A DNA stretch of 41,004 nt from an uncultured Bdellovibrionales bacterium (lineage in GTDB: Bacteria; Bdellovibrionota_C; UBA2361; SZUA-149; JADYYL01): positions 1 through 41,004 of the forward strand of contig CAYOAK010000004.1 of NCBI GenBank assembly GCA_964401925.1. The letters run 5' to 3'. A program made the position numbers and the translations under genes. Within the stretch, counting starts at the first letter, position 1. Every line of letters begins with the position of its first letter. This document shows, piece after piece, positions 35,201 through 41,004 of the stretch. Below the pieces are notes generated by a model. The model was not told the DNA's origin. It ran no database searches and saw only the letters and a program-made list of their open reading frames with translations.

Positions 35201-36345
35201 TAAAAAGCTTCACTCCAGATGAGCTTCAGCGGTATCAGCGGCAAATGATTTTGCCCGAGGTCGGACCCGCAGGGCAGCAGAAGTTGGAGAGTGGCCGCGT
35301 GCTTGTGGTAGGTGCCGGCGGCCTCGGTTGCCCGGTGCTCTCGTATCTCACTGCCGCCGGAGTTGGAACCATCCTTGTCGCCGATGAGGATCGCGTTGAG
35401 CGGTCGAATCTCCACCGGCAGGTATTATTTGGCGAATCCGCAATCGGAAGAGTCAAGGCCGACCGCGCGGTCGAGATCCTTCGCGATCTGAATCCGTCGA
35501 TCTCGCTCCGTGCGATACCAGCGCGGGTCTCAGTGAATAATATCCGCGATCTGCTCGCTGAAGTAGACATCGTCGTCGATTGCACGGACAACTTTGCGGC
35601 GAAGTATCTTTTGAATGATGCCTGCGTTGAGCTCGATAAGGTTCTCGTCTCTGGATCTCTATTCGCGTTTGAAGGCCAGCTTTCAGTATTTAATACCCCT
35701 CTGCCGTCCGGCGGACGGGGACCGACCTATCGCTGTCTCTTTCCGTATCCGCCTGATCCGAGGCTGATTCCCTCTTGCGCCGAGGCCGGAGTCCTCGGCG
35801 TCCTTCCCGGTGTCATCGGAGCCCTTCAAGCTACGGAGGTGTTAAAGATCCTCGTCGGAATAGGGGAGGTGCTATCCGGCAGGCTCCTGCTCTTCGAGGC
35901 ACTGCAACTCTCTTTCCGTGAAATCTTTTTCCGCCGAAATTCAGCGACTGTCGCCGCCACATCAATTCAGAGCGCGTACTACTATCAAAGATTAAATCCC
36001 GCCTGCTCTGCGGACGAAGACATCATTACTCCTTTGGAGCTAAAGCGCCGTCTGGATTCTGATGAAGAGCTGGTCTTAATCGACGTTCGCGAACCCTCCG
36101 AGAAACAGCTCTGCGACATCGGAGGAAAGCTTATCCCGCTCGGTGTGCTCTGCGAAAACCTTGAGCAGATCCCTCGCGATAAACCGGTGGTCCTCTACTG
36201 CCAGCGCGGCGGACGATCTCAGAAGGGGCTTGAATCGCTCAGGAATGGTTTTGGATTCTCAAACGTTCTTTCTCTGTCCGGTGGGATAGATCAGTGGAAC
36301 CTTGCGTTCCCTGGCGAAGAGAGCCCAATTGTCAATCGAGATTGA
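35197..36345 (+). CDS. moeB: MoeB/ThiF-type adenylyltransferase fused to a rhodanese domain (MoeZ/MOCS3-like sulfurtransferase)
   Basis: RYQRQMILPEVGPAGQQKL...VLVVGAGGLGCP...DEDRVERSNLHRQ is the ThiF/MoeB fold. The C-terminal rhodanese domain has the active-site loop LYCQRGGRS. Confidence 0.85.
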   Translation: MIKSFTPDELQRYQRQMILPEVGPAGQQKLESGRVLVVGAGGLGCPVLSYLTAAGVGTILVADEDRVERSNLHRQVLFGESAIGRVKADRAVEILRDLNPSISLRAIPARVSVNNIRDLLAEVDIVVDCTDNFAAKYLLNDACVELDKVLVSGSLFAFEGQLSVFNTPLPSGGRGPTYRCLFPYPPDPRLIPSCAEAGVLGVLPGVIGALQATEVLKILVGIGEVLSGRLLLFEALQLSFREIFFRRNSATVAATSIQSAYYYQRLNPACSADEDIITPLELKRRLDSDEELVLIDVREPSEKQLCDIGGKLIPLGVLCENLEQIPRDKPVVLYCQRGGRSQKGLESLRNGFGFSNVLSLSGGIDQWNLAFPGEESPIVNRD

Positions 36346-36445
36346 TAGAAAAGAGCCGCATGGTGACACCCTCTGCCGCGCAAGCAGACTCTCCAAGTCA
36401 ATCACTTTGGGAGGCAAATCTTCGCGTTGAAATCGGTACCGGGCT

Positions 36446-37075
36446 CTAGGCATTACGTGGCAACGCCTGAACCGCCGCCGCAACGTTTCGCTTAAGCTCT
36501 TCGAGCGTGGTGTCGTTCTTGATCACGATATCCGCAAGTGGCGCTTTTTTTTCATCGCTCCACTGATTCTGAAGTCTCAATTCGGCGGCGGCCTCGGTGA
36601 GCCCATCCCGGGCAGCGATCCGGGCAAGTCTTGTTGTATGCGGCGCCGTAACCAAGATTACCGCGCGAAAGTTCTCCTTGCCGAGGTCTGCTTCGAAGAA
36701 GAGCGGGCAGTCGTAGACAACGAGCGGGGCCGTGTCCCCGGTCTGCTTGAAAACGGCCCGCTCCTGGAAGGCCTTGGCGGCACGGTCGCGGACCTCCGGG
36801 TGTACGATCCGCTCGAGCTTCTTACGCTCCTCCGGATTGGCAAACACGTGGGCTCCGAGGGCCTTCCGGTTGAGCTCCTCGCCGTTGAAGAAGCTCTCGC
36901 CGAAAGCCTGCCGGACCTGCGCCAGGGCCGGAGATCCCGGCTCCAGGGCCTGGCGGGCAAACTCGTCAGCGCTCAGCACGAGTGCCCCGAAATCCTCCGC
37001 GAGCATGCGGGAGACAGCCGACTTTCCCGAGCCACTCGAGCCTGTTACAACTACCGTTTGGGCACGCCAGTCCAT
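36446..37075 (-). CDS. coaE: dephospho-CoA kinase
   Basis: Start MDWRAQTVVVTGSSGSGKSAV (P-loop). SADEFARQALEPGSPAL, IVHPEVR and PLFFEADL motifs. The poly-Ser N-terminal extension of the tracked ORF is the antisense of an acidic-codon tract and is not credited. Confidence 0.85.
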   Translation of the reverse strand: MDWRAQTVVVTGSSGSGKSAVSRMLAEDFGALVLSADEFARQALEPGSPALAQVRQAFGESFFNGEELNRKALGAHVFANPEERKKLERIVHPEVRDRAAKAFQERAVFKQTGDTAPLVVYDCPLFFEADLGKENFRAVILVTAPHTTRLARIAARDGLTEAAAELRLQNQWSDEKKAPLADIVIKNDTTLEELKRNVAAAVQALPRNA

Positions 37076-37094
37076 CTTTGTGGCTATTATCTTT

Positions 37095-37679
37095 ATGTTT
37101 CCAGCGATCCTATCAAAAACTTGGTGGAGAAGCTTCGTCAAAACCGATGCCGATGGAGAGAAGGACGCCGAAGGCGGAGCGGGTCCGGGCGAAGGCGAAG
37201 AACTCGACGAGCTCGATGAAGAGCGTGAGCTCTCGGCAGACGGCACTGAGTCCGATTCGGATGAGGAGGGGGGCGAAGACGAGTTCGATGAGGATCCGTT
37301 TCAAGATGAGCCGGAGCCGCGCAAGGTCCTCCGCAACAAGGTGGATTCACCGAAAGATTTCTTTTCGACCGAGCTGGTCTACCGTTTCGATATCCTTCCC
37401 GATACCGATCAGCATGATCTGCGCGGAAGCTACCGCGTTGAAGTAAAAGGAAATAAGGGCGGCATCTGGACCTTGATCGTGAATGAGCAACTCGAGGTCA
37501 TCAATCGCCGCGAAGAGGCCGAGGTCGTGCTGTCGCTCCAGCAACGCGATTTCATGCAGCTCGTGAACGGGGATCTCAATCCACAGATGGCGATCATGGC
37601 CCAGAAGATTCGGTTGAGCGGAGATGTGCGCCGGGGTGTGCTCTTTCAGAACCTCCTGGCACCTCCTGCTCAGGAGTAG
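37095..37679 (+). CDS. SCP2 (sterol carrier protein 2-like) domain protein with acidic N-terminal region
   Basis: The C-terminus FMQLVNGDLNPQMAIMAQKIRLSGDVRRGVLFQNLL is the SCP2 signature. The N-terminal 80 aa are Asp/Glu-rich low complexity. The start is uncertain (ATG 37095 or GTG 37341). Confidence 0.7.
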   Translation: MFPAILSKTWWRSFVKTDADGEKDAEGGAGPGEGEELDELDEERELSADGTESDSDEEGGEDEFDEDPFQDEPEPRKVLRNKVDSPKDFFSTELVYRFDILPDTDQHDLRGSYRVEVKGNKGGIWTLIVNEQLEVINRREEAEVVLSLQQRDFMQLVNGDLNPQMAIMAQKIRLSGDVRRGVLFQNLLAPPAQE

Positions 37680-37687
37680 TTCGAGCG

Positions 37688-38920
37688 ATGGACAGCCAGC
37701 CGACTGCGCTTCGGGCGGATAAGCTTCCTCCCTATCCGCTTGGCGGAATCTCCGAAGCTGTAAACAGCGCGCGGTTGAGCGGGCGCGACATCATCGACTT
37801 TAATCAGATGAATCCCGATCTCGGAGCACCTCCGGCCGCGGTCGACCGTGCAATCCAATCGCTCCTCCTTCCGCATCACCACCGTTATTCCTCTTCACAA
37901 GGGATTCTGAAGCTGAGGGAGAAGTTCTGCGAGTACTACCTCAACCGATTCGGTGTCGAGCTTTCGGCCGGAACTGAGTGTGTGGCGACCATGGGAATCA
38001 AAGAGGGGCTTGGGCACATGCTGCTCGCTCTTTGCAATCCCGGTGATCAGGTCGTAGTGCTGACGCCGAGCTATCCGATCCATACGGCGGGTGTATATCT
38101 CGCGGGCGCGAATGCGTTGCTCCTCCCCCTATTCGAGAGTTGGGAGGAGGCGAGCGCGAATGGATACCGGCTCGATTCGACAACGGGATCGCTCTTCACC
38201 CGCTTAGAGGCGCTCTTTGAGCATACGTGGCCGCGGCCGCGCGCGATCATCTGCAGCTTTCCGCATAATCCAACGGGCACGACCGTTACGCCGAATTTTT
38301 TTGTGCAGCTGACAGCGTTCGCCCGAAAACACGGTTGCTCAATTCTTCATGACTTCGCGCATGCCGAGATCCGGTTCGATGAGCAGGCCGCGCCGAGTAT
38401 GCTCGCCGCCCCGGGCGCACGGGATCACGGTGTTGAATTCTATTCCTTCTCGAAAAGTTTCCAGATGCCCGGCTGGCGAATCGGATTCGCCGTGGGAAAC
38501 AGTGCTCTCATCTCTGCGCTGAAGCGGGTGAAGAGTTATCTCGATTTCGGGATCTTTCAGCCCGTGCAGCTCGGGGCTTTGGCCGCCCTCGAGAAGGGCT
38601 CAGCCTCGATCGATGAGTATCGTGAACAATATCGCTCCCGCCGCGACCTGATTTTGACCGGACTGCGCGAGCAGAGCTGGGAGGTGGCCGAGGCGCGGGC
38701 CGGAGCATTTATCTGGGCCCGGCTCCCGGGAGCTCTGCGGAAGGCGGGATCGCTCCGGCTTGCAACTCAGCTCGTCGAGGAAGGAGGGGTTGCGATCTCC
38801 CCCGGCGGCGGCTTTGATCCCTCGGCGGACGAGTTTTGCCGGTTCGCACTTGGGGAGCCGGAGAACCGGATTCGTGAGGGGCTGCGCAGACTCGGAACCT
38901 ACGCTGAAAAAATGCAATGA
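37688..38920 (+). CDS. class I/II PLP-dependent aminotransferase
   Basis: 410 aa. LPPYPLGGI...IIDFNQMNPDLGAP, CSFPHNPTG and YSFSKSFQMPGWRIGFAVG (PLP Lys) are present. Confidence 0.85.
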   Translation: MDSQPTALRADKLPPYPLGGISEAVNSARLSGRDIIDFNQMNPDLGAPPAAVDRAIQSLLLPHHHRYSSSQGILKLREKFCEYYLNRFGVELSAGTECVATMGIKEGLGHMLLALCNPGDQVVVLTPSYPIHTAGVYLAGANALLLPLFESWEEASANGYRLDSTTGSLFTRLEALFEHTWPRPRAIICSFPHNPTGTTVTPNFFVQLTAFARKHGCSILHDFAHAEIRFDEQAAPSMLAAPGARDHGVEFYSFSKSFQMPGWRIGFAVGNSALISALKRVKSYLDFGIFQPVQLGALAALEKGSASIDEYREQYRSRRDLILTGLREQSWEVAEARAGAFIWARLPGALRKAGSLRLATQLVEEGGVAISPGGGFDPSADEFCRFALGEPENRIREGLRRLGTYAEKMQ

Positions 38921-39011
38921 CTTGCCGAACCGCTCTAACCGTTCTCTTCGCCTCGAGCACTTTTTTTGGGCTTCGACGGGCCTTGCCGAGGACTGTGAGA
39001 AGGGTGCGCGT

Positions 39012-40031
39012 TTGCGCGGGGAAGGCACCCGGCTGCCCGCCGGTTCCACGGAGCAGGAAGAGAAGTTTCGGCAGGGCGTCTCGGAATGCCCATCGCTCGC
39101 GGAATTGCACTACGACTTAGGTGTAAATTTAAGCGCTCAGGGGCGGCTCGATGAGGCGCTCGACAATTTCAAAGCCGCAGCGAAGCTCGAGCCTGACCCG
39201 ACGTTTCTATTCGCAGTCGGAAGCACGCTCGCGAGAAAAGGGGAGCTGAGTGCGGCGGGAGATGAGTTCCGGAAATCTCAAGAACGATACCCCAAGGATA
39301 CGCGCCCGCTCGTAGGCCTCGCCATGATCGCAGCCGAGTCTCAGGACCTGCCGCGAGCCGAGGAGTTGATTCGCCAGGCGATTCAGCTCAATCCGAAAGA
39401 TGGGAGCCTCTTCTATAATCTTGGCGTCGTGCTTGAACGGCAATTGAAGTTGGAGGAGGCCCTCACAAGTTACGAAGCGGCGCTTGATAAGGATCGAGAC
39501 AATGCCGAGGTGCTTGTTCGTGTCGGAGAGCTTCGTCTTCGCCTCGGGAAGGTCGATCAGGCGGAGAAGATCTTGGAGCAGGTGACCTTGATCGATTCGC
39601 GCTCGGTGCGCGCCTGGACACTCCTCGCCAATGTGCGCGCGGCGAAGGGGAAAAAGAAAGAGGCTCTCGACGCGATTCAACGCGCCGCCCAAATCACTTC
39701 CGACGATCCTTCGGTCCTCCGGACAAAAGGGATCCTGCTTGTCGAAACCGGAGCTCAAGTAGAGGGATTGAATCTCCTCTCCGCAGCAGTCCAGCGCTTT
39801 CCGCGCGACGCGGAGCTTCGTGCCGGATACGGGTTTGTTCTGCTCAAGGAACGAAAGCTGGACGAGGCGCAGCGGGAGTTTGAGACTGCGCTTAGCATCG
39901 ATCCGAATAATGGCCCCGCGCATCACAATCTTGGAGTGATTTTCGAGGAACGCGGCCAACCTGAGCAGGCAGCGAAGCATTTTGAGCTCGCAAGCGGCGT
40001 CAATCCCGCGGGGCCTGGCGCGGGAAAGTAG
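39012..40031 (+). CDS. TPR repeat protein
   Basis: Successive TPR units (LHYDLGVNLSAQGRLDEALDNFKAAAKLEP, LFYNLGVVLERQLKLEEALTSYEAALDKD, AHHNLGVIFEERGQPEQAAKHFELA). There is no in-frame ATG. Candidate TTG starts are at 39012 (SD-like GAGAAGGG upstream) or 38922. The 5' part of the tracked ORF overlaps the aminotransferase. Confidence 0.65.
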   Translation: MRGEGTRLPAGSTEQEEKFRQGVSECPSLAELHYDLGVNLSAQGRLDEALDNFKAAAKLEPDPTFLFAVGSTLARKGELSAAGDEFRKSQERYPKDTRPLVGLAMIAAESQDLPRAEELIRQAIQLNPKDGSLFYNLGVVLERQLKLEEALTSYEAALDKDRDNAEVLVRVGELRLRLGKVDQAEKILEQVTLIDSRSVRAWTLLANVRAAKGKKKEALDAIQRAAQITSDDPSVLRTKGILLVETGAQVEGLNLLSAAVQRFPRDAELRAGYGFVLLKERKLDEAQREFETALSIDPNNGPAHHNLGVIFEERGQPEQAAKHFELASGVNPAGPGAGK

Positions 40032-40040
40032 TTCTTCCCC

Positions 40041-40154
40041 TACCGGGACCGCGGACGTCCCCGTCCGCTTTCCGGTTCATGCGCCCGAACGGTGATCGAG
40101 CTTCGTGCTGGCGCGAATGCTTGCAAGCGGGCGAGGCCGCCCGCGGTCCCGGTA
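40041..40154. repeat. 14-nt perfect inverted repeat pair with 86-nt spacer at a convergent junction
   Basis: TACCGGGACCGCGG (40041-40054) and CCGCGGTCCCGGTA (40141-40154). Inner GC hairpins are CGGACG-TCCC-CGTCCG (about 40052-40067) and GCGGGCG-AGGC-CGCCCGC (40127-40144). Confidence 0.5.
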
Positions 40155-40181
40155 AACCTCCCGCACGAACTTCCAACTGCC

Positions 40182-41004
40182 CTAGTTTTCTTTGGTGTTG
40201 GCGAGACTCTCGAGCGCGTGGACGGCGACTTCTGAGATCCGTTTGATGCTCGTCGCATGACTCGAGTCAAAGGTATCGGCGGCTCTGTTCGCAATAGCTA
40301 AACAGATCGCACCCGATCGATGCCCCAGCCCCCGGGCCATGTGGTTAATGATCGCGATCTCCATCTCGAAATTCGTGATCCGGTAGGGAAGGCCGGTTGC
40401 AACTTTTGCCAGCACCCGATCAATCTCCGGAACGCTGAGAGGCAGATTCGGGACCGGGCGGCCCTGAGCACCGAAAAAGCCAGGGGCGCTGACGGTGACT
40501 CCGGTTTCGAACGGATAGCCCAGCTTCTGCGCCGCCTGCTCCAAAGCGCCGACAACCGCGGGGTGGGAAGCCGCTGCGTAGGGCCAGATCTTCCCTCGAA
40601 AGCGCGAGCTCTTCGGCATCGCTTCATCGATCGCGGCTCGAACAGCGCTTTCAAGCGTCTCATCTCCCGGAAGGGGCCGAAGCTCGTAAAATTGGCCCGC
40701 GTTGTCCAGACCGACGGCGTGTCCCGTGATGACACCGGTCCCAAGCTTCAGATCGGCAGGCAGCGCACCGGAGGTACCAAGTCTGATGATGTCGAAACGA
40801 GGATACGAAGATCGCTGCTCTCGGCTTTTAAAATCTACGGCGCAGAGTGCATCCAGCTCCCGAAAGACGATCTCTGTCGACGGCGTGCCCATGAGCGATG
40901 TGACAAACGAGGCGCGAAGCCCGCTGTGCAATTCCCCCGTTACGGTCACGAGGCCGCGATGCTCGACCGAAACTTCAATTGTTCGCATATGCTCATCGGC
41001 AAGG
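40182..41004 (-). CDS. nucleoside phosphorylase, PNP/UDP family 1 (uridine phosphorylase-like), 5' end probably beyond the window
   Basis: IIRLGTSGAL, VTVSAPGFFGAQGR and ITNFEMEIAIINHMARGLGHRSGAICLAIANR resemble Udp motifs (GTTGA, EMES). The frame stays open upstream of the ATG at 40988 to the window edge (..LADEH-M..). Confidence 0.75.
   Translation of the reverse strand, partial: LADEHMRTIEVSVEHRGLVTVTGELHSGLRASFVTSLMGTPSTEIVFRELDALCAVDFKSREQRSSYPRFDIIRLGTSGALPADLKLGTGVITGHAVGLDNAGQFYELRPLPGDETLESAVRAAIDEAMPKSSRFRGKIWPYAAASHPAVVGALEQAAQKLGYPFETGVTVSAPGFFGAQGRPVPNLPLSVPEIDRVLAKVATGLPYRITNFEMEIAIINHMARGLGHRSGAICLAIANRAADTFDSSHATSIKRISEVAVHALESLANTKEN

Noticed and set aside
37076-37246. Poly-Ser/Pro N-terminal extension of the coaE ORF (tracked to 37246)
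   Set aside because: The extension is the reverse complement of the GAx-rich acidic tract of the plus-strand gene. CoaE family proteins begin just before the P-loop, which fits Met at 37075.
38760-39011. 5' part of the 423-aa TPR ORF
   Set aside because: It overlaps the aminotransferase 3' end out of frame and has no TPR content. A TTG start downstream with an SD-like element is more plausible.
1-41004. Scan for CRISPR arrays, tRNA/rRNA genes, IS elements, integrases and island-flanking direct repeats
   Set aside because: I saw no regularly spaced repeats, no tRNA-like cloverleaf candidates in the intergenic regions, and no transposase or integrase ORFs. The molybdoenzyme block therefore has no visible mobility signature within this window.

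Overview
This is a 41-kb, moderately GC-rich, densely coding bacterial chromosomal segment with about 34 credible CDS. Many genes are joined by ATGA/GTGA 4-nt start/stop overlaps. I recognised no rRNA, tRNA, CRISPR array, transposase or integrase. From left to right the window holds: a sigma-54-like promoter and a PEP-CTERM secreted protein; two coupled unknown ORFs; a HelD-like UvrD-family helicase; an MFS transporter; an aminotransferase; and an rlmM-mltA-CDF transporter-TPR operon. Next come a translationally coupled Thg1-like 3'-5' nucleotidyltransferase plus methyltransferase-fold ORF pair, and a 2892-aa cyclic beta-1,2-glucan synthase (GT84 + GH94) coupled to a HAD-like hydrolase. The most interesting block spans 22.5-36.3 kb. 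It contains an Rrf2 (NsrR/IscR-like) Fe-S regulator, a perfect palindromic operator and a Cys-rich V4R-like/Nfu-like ORF. These precede a TAT-exported periplasmic type II DMSO-reductase-family molybdoenzyme (alpha-beta-gamma-delta, NXR/EBDH-like) whose alpha subunit has a Cys-x3-Asp-x3-Cys FS0 motif. A Moco-riboswitch-like leader and a complete Moco/bis-MGD pathway follow (moaA, moaC-mog, moeA, moaD, moaE, mobA, an unknown ORF, moeB-rhodanese). The right end holds coaE, an SCP2 protein with an acidic tail, a second aminotransferase, a TPR protein and a partial nucleoside phosphorylase. The substrate of the molybdoenzyme and the role of the Thg1-like pair cannot be deduced from sequence alone. 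All homology statements come from motif recognition by eye, not from database searches.
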